From a virus (taxonomy: Duplodnaviria; Caudoviricetes), in IMG/VR virus record IMGVR_UViG_3300032306_000439, positions 34,639 through 98,638 of that record: a stretch of DNA of 64,000 bases. The stretch is one strand, 5' to 3'. The notes under the pieces were generated by a model. It ran no database searches and was not told the origin of the DNA. It worked only from the letters and a program-made list of their open reading frames with translations. A program made the translations under genes and the position numbers. Numbering within the stretch: position 1 is the first letter of the stretch; each line of letters starts with the position of its first letter. This document shows, piece after piece, positions 36,128-44,480 of this stretch.

Positions 36128-37252
36128 TTAAGGAAGGGAAGCGTTGTCATCCACGAACGACCCGGGGCCGGTTGTTGCTTCTGAAGACGTGGTCTGCTCT
36201 TCCTTTATCTGGCTGATTTGCGCCTCTGCGGCCTTCCTTGCTTCCTCTATGGCCTTATTTCTAGTCTCTATCCCAGTACTTATAGTGTTCGAACTTCTAA
36301 TTAGCCTGGCTCTCTCTTCTTGAAGCGTTTTCTTTTTCTGGTCATCCTTAGCTTCTGCTATTTTCTTATCTACTACAGAAATCTCGTTCTTGATACTAGA
36401 AAGAGTCTCACTCGTGTAGCAGCTCTCCGGAATGCCGGGCTTATTTCCTGCTACAGCCTCCCCAGAGAGTCCGCGGGTTACAACCCCAGCGTCACAAGAA
36501 ACCTTCTTTTTACCTCCTCCTCCTCCTTTTCTAGTCTTAGGCGGTAGGGCGCAAAAAGCCGTGTTAGTGTACGACTTTAGGGAGCTCTTCTTAGGGGCCA
36601 TGGGCACATTAGGGAATATAGTGGTATCCCCTAAGAACGCAGACCAGGTCTCGTCAAACTGCCTCTCGTCCTTCATCCAGGTGTCGTATACAGAGGCGAC
36701 TAAAAGATCAAAAGTAAACCTAGTAGAAGTCTCGTCAGGAGATGTGGACAGTACCTGGTTTAGGTTCATCATAGAGCCTGTTACGACTTTGTCGTCATAG
36801 GCTACCTGAACCATCCTACTAAGGCCCGTTATCTTAGAACCTCTTAAAAGATTGTCGTACAGATACGTAAAAGTGGACCTCCATTGGTCCTGCCTCGTAT
36901 TTAGCAATATACCAGAGAATGAGTAGACTGACGGCTCTTTACCAGAGAAGTAAGCGGCGTAGCCGTCTCCATTGAGGGGGCTTATCTGCGACTTCTCTGA
37001 GTTTCTTTCTGTTACTTCCTGCAGAAAGAAGCCTATGAAACTTCCTATAGAGAAATTCTTGGCGGGACCTGGCAGTAGATCAAAGTCCCTATCTCCGGTT
37101 ATATACAGGCGGGCAACAGTGAGGCCTTGGACACGACCGCTCCGGCCTTCATCCGGGCGGTACTTTGGGGTGGCAGAGGGCCTGTCTGAGTAGGCCCCTG
37201 CCATGTCTCCATCCGTGACGGACGGCAATCTTTTTGTGTAGTTCCTAGACAT
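36128..37252 (-). CDS. Tail tube initiator/baseplate protein (putative)
   Basis: Just downstream of the tape measure gene; FFLQ.V.E..SEK.Q...YFSG..P..YSFSG.LLN. Confidence 0.5.
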   Translation of the reverse strand: MSRNYTKRLPSVTDGDMAGAYSDRPSATPKYRPDEGRSGRVQGLTVARLYITGDRDFDLLPGPAKNFSIGSFIGFFLQEVTERNSEKSQISPLNGDGYAAYFSGKEPSVYSFSGILLNTRQDQWRSTFTYLYDNLLRGSKITGLSRMVQVAYDDKVVTGSMMNLNQVLSTSPDETSTRFTFDLLVASVYDTWMKDERQFDETWSAFLGDTTIFPNVPMAPKKSSLKSYTNTAFCALPPKTRKGGGGGKKKVSCDAGVVTRGLSGEAVAGNKPGIPESCYTSETLSSIKNEISVVDKKIAEAKDDQKKKTLQEERARLIRSSNTISTGIETRNKAIEEARKAAEAQISQIKEEQTTSSEATTGPGSFVDDNASLP

Positions 37253-37253
37253 G

Positions 37254-37433
37254 TCAGTCCCCCTGGTGAACTATGAAGCCTTTTTGCAGGGCTACAGAGT
37301 AGGCCACTAGGTACCAGTCAGGCATGTTTAGCCTTACCTTGTCGGACCCAGAAGTAAGAGTTTTGTTTATTCGGTCTACGTTGGCTGCTAGCAGCTCTGA
37401 CCCCTTGGGCAGGACTATCTTAGTTTGTTTCAT
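37254..37433 (-). CDS. Small tail-associated protein
   Basis: ATGA coupling to the tape measure stop. Confidence 0.5.
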   Translation of the reverse strand: MKQTKIVLPKGSELLAANVDRINKTLTSGSDKVRLNMPDWYLVAYSVALQKGFIVHQGD

Positions 37434-40400
37434 GACCAGGGCCACGAGCCTCTGCTATTGTCCTGCAGCTTCTGGACTGCCGCTGTCAAGTTCTGGACAG
37501 TGCCGTTGTCCCCTACCAATTTAGCTAGGGTGTCAGCCGTCTTCTTGTTCATGTCTGCTATCTCCTCCAGGGAGTTGATCTGAGCCTCTATGGCATCCTT
37601 GGCGTCAGAGCTAGGGCCGGCCCCCTTGCCTTCAGACTCTGTAAGACCAGCCTCTAGTATCTGAGACTGTAGCTTACTGACAAGCTCCTCCCGCTTTTTC
37701 TTAGCGTCCTTGTCCCCTGCTCCAGCCCCCCCGGCCATGTAGTACCGCAGCTCCTCTGCAGTGGCATCTAGGCCTTGTGAGAAGCTGGGGGATGAGAGCA
37801 GGGCAGTAGCATCTCCACCTGCCCCCTGAACCAGCTTTTGTATCAGGTCCTCAGAAGACGTAACGGGGCCTAGGCTCTCAGCAGTCTTTCCAAGGCCTTC
37901 TATGAACTGCTGAGCCAGGGCGGTCTTGCCCCCTATGGAGGTGTCCACAGAGGTGGTGGTTATTAGCCCTAGCTTTGACAAGCCTTCAGCTATAACGTCC
38001 GAGTTCTGTAGGGCCTCGAGTGTTTTTAGAGACTCTGAGTCTGACAGCCTACTGGTTATGCGGCTTAGCTCAGCTGGAGAAGCGTCAGCAGATATCTTTC
38101 CCCTAAGGCCCTTGACAGCCCCGACAAGCTTAGCTCCCTTGTCCCTGTTACCCTCTATCTTACTAAGCACTTCTCGCGCTGCTTTTTGCCTAGGGCCTGA
38201 TCCGCCCCTAGCCATGTTCTTAAGCTGCTCCTCGTCTCCCCCTGTTTCAAGAAGTATGTCGAAGTGGTCCTGGCTAGTCAGCCCTAGGGACATAGCCGTC
38301 TCTTGGACGTCGCTCATCGCCCCACGGTTTTCCTCCGTGTTCTCAAACACGGTGAAATCCGTCATTCGCTTAAGAGTCAGGCCGAAGGCGCTGTCATTGC
38401 GTTTTCCTGTAACAGATACATCGCTACCAAACCTAGCCAGAGCGGCCTGTGCTGGACTGGATCCCAAGCTAAAGCCCGAAAGCTGGGCTAGGTTTCCGCC
38501 TATACCCTTTATCATTATGTCTTTGGCTGAATTGTTATTAGACTCTGCCAACACAGCCCCTAGCATCCTAGGGGCTAAAGTAAGCGCATTTTTAAACTCA
38601 GCGCTGTCTGGGCTTATATTGCCCATTTCTTTCCTGATAGCGTCCTGTATGGCCGAGTTAGTTAAACCGGTTGCGTCTCCTGACTCAGCTAGAGTCTTAT
38701 CCACAGCGCCCTTTACGGCTCTATATACAGCTCTGGAAGCGTCATCGGTAGTTACATTGTCTAGGTACTGCCTAGCGGATCCCTGCCTGCTGTTGAATCT
38801 TCCCATCTCAGTAAAGCCCGAGGAAGCTGTAGACAGGCTGTTTCTCAAGTCCATAAACTGGGCAAGCTGGGCCTTGGCCCGGCCCATGCCTCCACCTATC
38901 ATCATACTTCTTGAGGTGCCTCCAAACTCGTCTAGGTCGAAGCCTAGCCTCTCGAATGTGTCTATCAACCCGCTGGCATTCTTAAGATTGCCGAACATGG
39001 TGACGTCTTCGTCCCTAACAGAGGGAGAGAACGTGCTGCCGGCGCTCAGGGCTCCGTATCTAAGCGTTGCCGCAGTGGGCCCAGTCAGCTTAGACATGGC
39101 TACGTCTCGAGAACCGAATCCCATAGCGTAGGCATTAGACGCTTTAAGTATGTCGGACGCGGACTCTCCCTTACGTAACCGCTCTATTATCCTCTCCCTG
39201 GCTGAGTCTAGGCCTATAAATCTCCTCTTTCTTCCTTCTACATCGTAACCCGCCGCACGAGCAGCCTGATCAGCGTCCTCTTGCGAGGCGTAGTCTACAG
39301 CCGCGTTTACTCCCGCAGCTCCTTCTGCTGATTGGGTTACGCCCGCTACAAACCTAGTGCCTCTGGAGAATATTCCCTTGTACTCTTCTAGCTCAGATAT
39401 AGAGCGCAGCCTGGCCTCTCGGTCTACCGTATCTATCTGCTTAAACGCCGCTTTGAGGGAGGAGGGGTCCTGGGACAGCTTGAGTAGGGCCCTGGCCCCC
39501 TCTTCGCTACCTGTTACCTGCTTAAAAGCGGTAAAGGCGGTCATTGGCTTCTTGGAGGAGCCCATTAGTGACTTAGCCTGATTGATCATCATCAGCTGCA
39601 TTCTCTCAGGAGACATGTTCTCCTGCATTTCAGACAAGGCCTCAGGAGCCATCTCCTCAAACAGCTGGTAAAATACGTCCCTCTGCTGATTAGTAACTCC
39701 CCTGCCAGACAGCAGCTTCTGCATCTGCTGGGCTGCAGATCCTATGCCAGTAGCGCCAGTTACCATGGACTGCAGAGAGTTAGGTCCTAGAAGAGACCCG
39801 AGCAGCATATTGGTAGAGTTGCGGGCTTGGAAGTTAGCGACGTTCTTAGTTAGAATATTGCCTAGCCCAGACTCCCCGCCAAACATTGATATCTCTCGTT
39901 CAGATAGCCTACCTGAATTTATCATTCCGGCGGCTATGGCTGACGAAGTTATGCCCGTCATCATGCCTGCCCCAGCATTCATACCGAGCTGGGCAAACAG
40001 GCTGGCTCCTTCAGAGCCGGCTCCAGACATTATGCCGCCCATAGTCTGTCCAGATAGGCGGGCGCTAGCCAATATCTTGTTAGCTATACCTTGGGAAGAG
40101 AATTTACCTGTAGATATACCCATGTTCTGGGCTAGCATCTGCATGTCCAGGGCATCTTTCTGGGTGATGCCTTCTCCAAGATCCATTATTACCTTACTGA
40201 TCTTAGCTAGCTCTTTTACTCTCCCAACTATGTCATTTACAGAGTTAGTCCTGCCACGCATTAGACCTATGTCTTGAGCCTGAGACAGAGTTCCTATGTA
40301 ATCTTCCGAGGTAAAAGTGTCGTATCCTGGCTTGCTAGTCAGACCTCTCTGTATTTGCCTTGCAACAGATTGATCTACGCCCGTGCCCAGAGGCCCGGCT

Positions 40401-41218
40401 AGGGGTCCAGAGGACAGGCCAGACATTATCTGCTGAACTTGCCTTACTTGATCCCTCTTCTCATTATAGGAGTTAGCTACGGCAGAGGCGGCTAATAAAG
40501 GCAGCGTCACAGCTCCTGCAGCCGCCGCTATCGGGGCCATAGCGAGTCCGCCTATTCCAAGGGCGGCGGCGCCCCCTATAAGGCCAGCTCCCATAGATGC
40601 TACATTAAGCGCCGTGCCTGCGTACCCAGAGGCTCTATCTACCAACCTAGAACCGGCCTCGTACCTCTGCCTCATTATATTAATGCCGGTACCAGGTGCG
40701 TCTAGCTGCATACCTCTAGGTACATAACCAGCCAGAACTAAATCAGAGCTGAGAGTGTTTCCTGATAGAAAGCCGCCTTGCTGAGGTACTCCTGAGGTGG
40801 GCTGAGTAAAAGCCCTTGTGAATGCCGGAGGGGCTATTGGCATGCCTCCAGGGTACCCGGCAAACATGGGGGAGGCAGCAAACGTAGGCATCTGAGGCGG
40901 CGTAGGAGCAAACGCCGGAGTCATACCTGGCACAAACGAGGGCTGGCCTGCCTGAAACATTGGCGGCATCGGTGCGGGGGGAGGCACAGGGGCCGCTCCA
41001 GCAAACTGTGGCACCGAAGAAGGGAAAGGAAGCGTAGTGGACGCTACAGTTGCGAACCTCGGGGGAGGCATCGTTGGCAACTGTGGAGCTGCACCGCCCT
41101 TGTCCGAAGGCAGGAAAGATCCGGGTACAAATCCGAATCTAGCTAGCGTCTGCTGAGCGCCGCCGTAGCCCTCGGCTATGCTGCTAAATGTTTGGCCTAC
41201 TAAGCTATCTTCCGCCAT
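37430..41218 (-). CDS. Tail tape measure protein
   Basis: 1262 aa, Ala/Gly/Ser-rich helical composition, hydrophobic segment, preceded by a frameshifted chaperone pair. Confidence 0.75.
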   Translation of the reverse strand: MAEDSLVGQTFSSIAEGYGGAQQTLARFGFVPGSFLPSDKGGAAPQLPTMPPPRFATVASTTLPFPSSVPQFAGAAPVPPPAPMPPMFQAGQPSFVPGMTPAFAPTPPQMPTFAASPMFAGYPGGMPIAPPAFTRAFTQPTSGVPQQGGFLSGNTLSSDLVLAGYVPRGMQLDAPGTGINIMRQRYEAGSRLVDRASGYAGTALNVASMGAGLIGGAAALGIGGLAMAPIAAAAGAVTLPLLAASAVANSYNEKRDQVRQVQQIMSGLSSGPLAGPLGTGVDQSVARQIQRGLTSKPGYDTFTSEDYIGTLSQAQDIGLMRGRTNSVNDIVGRVKELAKISKVIMDLGEGITQKDALDMQMLAQNMGISTGKFSSQGIANKILASARLSGQTMGGIMSGAGSEGASLFAQLGMNAGAGMMTGITSSAIAAGMINSGRLSEREISMFGGESGLGNILTKNVANFQARNSTNMLLGSLLGPNSLQSMVTGATGIGSAAQQMQKLLSGRGVTNQQRDVFYQLFEEMAPEALSEMQENMSPERMQLMMINQAKSLMGSSKKPMTAFTAFKQVTGSEEGARALLKLSQDPSSLKAAFKQIDTVDREARLRSISELEEYKGIFSRGTRFVAGVTQSAEGAAGVNAAVDYASQEDADQAARAAGYDVEGRKRRFIGLDSARERIIERLRKGESASDILKASNAYAMGFGSRDVAMSKLTGPTAATLRYGALSAGSTFSPSVRDEDVTMFGNLKNASGLIDTFERLGFDLDEFGGTSRSMMIGGGMGRAKAQLAQFMDLRNSLSTASSGFTEMGRFNSRQGSARQYLDNVTTDDASRAVYRAVKGAVDKTLAESGDATGLTNSAIQDAIRKEMGNISPDSAEFKNALTLAPRMLGAVLAESNNNSAKDIMIKGIGGNLAQLSGFSLGSSPAQAALARFGSDVSVTGKRNDSAFGLTLKRMTDFTVFENTEENRGAMSDVQETAMSLGLTSQDHFDILLETGGDEEQLKNMARGGSGPRQKAAREVLSKIEGNRDKGAKLVGAVKGLRGKISADASPAELSRITSRLSDSESLKTLEALQNSDVIAEGLSKLGLITTTSVDTSIGGKTALAQQFIEGLGKTAESLGPVTSSEDLIQKLVQGAGGDATALLSSPSFSQGLDATAEELRYYMAGGAGAGDKDAKKKREELVSKLQSQILEAGLTESEGKGAGPSSDAKDAIEAQINSLEEIADMNKKTADTLAKLVGDNGTVQNLTAAVQKLQDNSRGSWPWS

Positions 41219-41570
41219 TGAACTCCGGGATCTTATCTAAGAGTTCGAGAATCTCCCTATCCGTCTTAGGGGCTGGTTCCTCGCTCTGTAAAGATTCCCT
41301 CTCCTTCAGGTCATAAGCTCCCTCTAAGTGTAGGGCCATGCGCATGAAGGTTGACCGAAGATTAGTTATATCATCCAGAGTTTTTTGGCTTGGGTTGGCT
41401 GAGAAGGCCTCCTCTAGCAACTTGATCTCTTGAGTCTTCCACAGACGTAGTCTTTCTCTGTGGATCATCTCTTCCAAAAGAGCGCTCTGGATACTGCCAC
41501 GGGGAGGCAGGGCTATGCCCCTAGCATATAGCTCTGCCCTAGCGCTGCCCCATGGAGTTCTTAGAAATTT
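41205..41570 (-). CDS. Tail assembly chaperone GT extension (reached by -1 frameshift)
   Basis: The -1 frame is open from the slippery site A AAT TTC (41564-41570) through LRTPWGSARAELY... into the 90-aa ORF. Confidence 0.75.
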   Translation of the reverse strand, partial: KFLRTPWGSARAELYARGIALPPRGSIQSALLEEMIHRERLRLWKTQEIKLLEEAFSANPSQKTLDDITNLRSTFMRMALHLEGAYDLKERESLQSEEPAPKTDREILELLDKIPEFNGGR

Positions 41571-42148
41571 TCAATACTCCTGGCGTCTCCAGCCAGTGCT
41601 ACCTTTTGATCGAACTTTTGTAGCACCTGGGAGAGTAGGTAGAAGATAGGCGCCGGCAAAGAGGTGATAAAACGGTATCTCTCACGCCACTCCTTGTCCA
41701 GAATGTCTCGGTTGTTTGAAGCCGGGGCAGTGTGTGGGAACGTGCTGCTACCAAACTTAACCAAGCTAGAAGCAAGGTTGATTCGGGACACCAGATGAGA
41801 GTAGTGCGCCGTCGAAGAAGGCTTCTGCTCGTGCAGAATCTCCATGGCTCTGTCGGCATCAGCGGTCGAGCGGGTGCGTAGCGCGAACATGGTCTTGTTG
41901 ACCTTGTAAGCCTCCTCGTAGTGCCCCTTGCTTAGAATGGAATCTACTATACGAGCAGCCTCAGCCTTGGTTAGCTTAATCTCCTCTATCTCCTCAAGCC
42001 ACTCCTCGTGCGGAGTCTTGGCTAGAGTCGGTACCGCCACTTCCTCTGGCTTAACCTCGGCAGCCGTAGTATTGGCCTCCTCAGGAGGCGTCTCCTCCTC
42101 ACCGATTTTAGAGAGACGTGACTTGGGCTCGAGATCTGAAAGGTCCAC
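41561..42148 (-). CDS. Tail assembly chaperone G
   Basis: Upstream of the tape measure gene; ends GAA AAT TTC TAA; GAGGAG RBS. Confidence 0.75.
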   Translation of the reverse strand: MDLSDLEPKSRLSKIGEEETPPEEANTTAAEVKPEEVAVPTLAKTPHEEWLEEIEEIKLTKAEAARIVDSILSKGHYEEAYKVNKTMFALRTRSTADADRAMEILHEQKPSSTAHYSHLVSRINLASSLVKFGSSTFPHTAPASNNRDILDKEWRERYRFITSLPAPIFYLLSQVLQKFDQKVALAGDARSIENF

Positions 42149-42253
42149 TTGTACTCCTCACAAAAAGACAGGTTACTTTGGTATAAGAAAATGCACGACC
42201 GGTGTTTACATTACTACATGCCTCCTAGTATTCCTAAGAAAAAAGGAGCCGTC

Positions 42254-42418
42254 ATGGTAAAAGACTGTAGACACGAGAACTTAGATTTTGATACTGGTGG
42301 TGACACAGCGGTTTGTGAGGACTGCCACGCCATTCTCCGTTGCATGGACGGGGATGACTGCGAAGAGCGCGGTGAGTGGGCTCCTCTAGACGACGTTCCA
42401 CTGAGGGATCTAAATTGA
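42254..42418 (+). CDS. Small Cys/His-rich protein
   Basis: AAGGAG RBS; CRH...CEDCH...C...C. Confidence 0.55.
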   Translation: MVKDCRHENLDFDTGGDTAVCEDCHAILRCMDGDDCEERGEWAPLDDVPLRDLN

Positions 42419-42606
42419 AGGACGTGCTAGTAAAGATAAAGGAATCTGGATCTAAGATAGGCACCGCCAACGTGGTGGCAGAGTGCTACAGGAGAAGCAT
42501 CTCGTTCAGAGATGCTCTTAAAGAAGTAGAAGAGGCCTTGGACTCTGGTGTCTTATCGCAAGACGACCTAAAAGAGTCCCTATTGCATCAGCTATCTAGA
42601 AAGTAA
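42415..42606 (+). CDS. Small hypothetical protein
   Basis: TTGA coupling to the previous gene; directly precedes the solo ncRNA. Confidence 0.5.
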   Translation: MKDVLVKIKESGSKIGTANVVAECYRRSISFRDALKEVEEALDSGVLSQDDLKESLLHQLSRK

Positions 42607-42623
42607 TATCTACCGGCTCGCTT

Positions 42624-42798
42624 AGGGCGCTAGTGGTAGCTAAAAGAAAAATGGCGGAGATACTTCGCCATAGTGCAAGAACCGGAGCACGCCAGACCGC
42701 TCCTACCCGTAGTCCGTCTCGATATTCTGCCGTCTACGCCGTCAGAACTTCTAGCCGGACAACTGTCGGGACGTCCGTACCACTAGCGCCCTTTTTTT
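42624..42798 (+). ncRNA. Solo retron msr-msd-like RNA (unit 5)
   Basis: Perfect 15-bp inverted repeat AGGGCGCTAGTGGTA 42624-42638 / TACCACTAGCGCCCT 42778-42792; TAGC context with G42639 opposite G42777; hairpin 42651-42671 with G-ATA-C loop, hairpin 42684-42703, long imperfect stem 42706-42770; T7 tail. Confidence 0.78.
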
Positions 42799-42803
42799 AG
42801 GTA

Positions 42804-43508
42804 TCAGAGAACTGGCTTTATGGACTCCCAGTCTGAGGGATCCCAGGCCTTTTCTATTATCTTGGACCCTACCTTCTGAGTCATTCTAGTGACTGGATCC
42901 AAGTAGCTGTGTGGGTACACAGCCTTACTGCCAATCATATCAGACACTTCCTTGATAGTCTTGTGTAGGGCTGACAACTGCTCAGTAGTCCACGTCTGCT
43001 TGTAGGGACGAGCCAGAAGGTCTATGCTGATACTGCCCTTGTTTGGGGACGAAGCTCCTGCGGGCAAAAGTGCGGCAGGTGATTTTGTGCCCGGAAACAG
43101 GGACTTCCATAGAGAGTAGTTACCCTCTGGGGCCTTCTGCTCAAGCACGCCGTTAACAGGGCGGGACCACTTTTGCCACTCGCTGGACTTGTACAGCTCG
43201 CGCAGCTTTGGGTCCCAGCCTGAGTGCCATCCGTCTACTGTCAAAGGCAGTATCTGCCAGACTTTGCCTTCCCAGTCTACGAGAAGGTGGGTGCTTACAT
43301 TGTTGCCGCTTCGGGCGTAGAACTCGCAGGCAAAGCGGGCTATGTCTTCCGGCTTGGTCTTGCCGGCATTCTGGGCCTGGGCGATGACGCCTGACCCAGT
43401 GGTATGTACAACTATAAAGCTGGCAGGTATGGTCCTAGTCGAGAAGTCCTTAGACTCCTTTACTATTCTTCCTGCGGGCACGCTAGGTAGCCAGTCGCAT
43501 ATGGGCAT
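42804..43508 (-). CDS. N-acetylmuramoyl-L-alanine amidase (Amidase_2) endolysin
   Basis: IVVHTT, STHLLV..G.V.Q, WHSG, N..SISID, HSY..P....DP. Confidence 0.8.
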   Translation of the reverse strand: MPICDWLPSVPAGRIVKESKDFSTRTIPASFIVVHTTGSGVIAQAQNAGKTKPEDIARFACEFYARSGNNVSTHLLVDWEGKVWQILPLTVDGWHSGWDPKLRELYKSSEWQKWSRPVNGVLEQKAPEGNYSLWKSLFPGTKSPAALLPAGASSPNKGSISIDLLARPYKQTWTTEQLSALHKTIKEVSDMIGSKAVYPHSYLDPVTRMTQKVGSKIIEKAWDPSDWESIKPVL

Positions 43509-43510
43509 TG

Positions 43511-43540
43511 TTAAGTCCTACTGTGGGTTGTAGGACTTAA
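43511..43540 (-). promoter_or_regulatory. Hairpin sequestering the endolysin ribosome-binding site
   Basis: Perfect 11-bp stem TTAAGTCCTAC/GTAGGACTTAA whose 3' arm holds AGGA 7 nt before the ATG. Confidence 0.6.
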
Positions 43541-43569
43541 TAATACTGCACTACTGCAAGCTGTTCACA

Positions 43570-44463
43570 TCAATCAAAAGGGTTGAGCTTGCTTCGTATT
43601 TCGTCGTTAGCCAGACCAAGAGCCAGGGCGGTGCCAAGGACGCTCCCGGCCGCTCCACCAGCGTAGGTCTTGTAAGCAGTCCTAAGCAGGTCCTTGCTCT
43701 CGTCCACCGCACTACTAGACATACGGCCAAGTGCTTTTAGATTGTCTAGGGCATCAAAGGCTTTTCTAGAGGCTATGAATTCCTCAGCAAGTACTGGCGC
43801 ATGTAACAAGCTCTGCACACCTAACGCCGCAGCTATTTCTGACTTGTCGTTAGGGTCTACAAATGCTGCGCCTAGCGGCGAAAACCCAGAAAGAATTTTC
43901 GAGGGCAGCATTGTCTTCTTAAGAAACCTTCTGCCAAGAGAGGCAGTAGGAAGATTAGCAGTAGCGTGACCCAGCTCATGCAGGGCCACGGCTTTACTTA
44001 CAGCTCGATCAGAGAATCCTGGCCTGTCACTGCCAGCCGAGGTGCTGAGATTGACATAGCCCCGGGGATCGTAGTCCCTTCCTTGTAGGGGGCCATACAA
44101 CGTGGGACCTGAGTGGTCTGTGAGAATATCGGGGCTAACACGAACTTTTACGTCCGTCCCCATGATTTTTTGCAGGTCTTTCAGCTCTACGTTGTCAGCG
44201 AGATCAAGATCGTTAAAAGGAGCCACCTGCAAAAGCGCTGTCGCAATGTGACGTGGGTTGTAGTATTCCTCTTTGGGCCGAATATCACCCCGATTAATTT
44301 TAACTAGGCTCTCATTGGATAGGTTACCGTAGTCATCCCTTAGCTTCACGGCTACGGGAGCAGTCAGCGTTCCTTGGGAAACCAGGCCTAGGGCTGCCGC
44401 CGTAGCGGCGTTAGTTAGCCTCTCCATGCCAGTGGGCTCGTCTTCAAAAAATCCAAAAGGCAT
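43570..44463 (-). CDS. Zincin metallopeptidase-domain protein
   Basis: ALHELGHA with downstream EEFIASRKA; Gly/Ala hydrophobic helices. Confidence 0.65.
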   Translation of the reverse strand: MPFGFFEDEPTGMERLTNAATAAALGLVSQGTLTAPVAVKLRDDYGNLSNESLVKINRGDIRPKEEYYNPRHIATALLQVAPFNDLDLADNVELKDLQKIMGTDVKVRVSPDILTDHSGPTLYGPLQGRDYDPRGYVNLSTSAGSDRPGFSDRAVSKAVALHELGHATANLPTASLGRRFLKKTMLPSKILSGFSPLGAAFVDPNDKSEIAAALGVQSLLHAPVLAEEFIASRKAFDALDNLKALGRMSSSAVDESKDLLRTAYKTYAGGAAGSVLGTALALGLANDEIRSKLNPFD

Positions 44464-44480
44464 TGTTCTTGCTCCCCTTT

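Noticed and set aside
37926-39131. 401-aa plus-strand ORF and similar antisense ORFs in the structural operon
   Set aside because: Shadow frames of the tape measure and other genes; no motifs or RBS.
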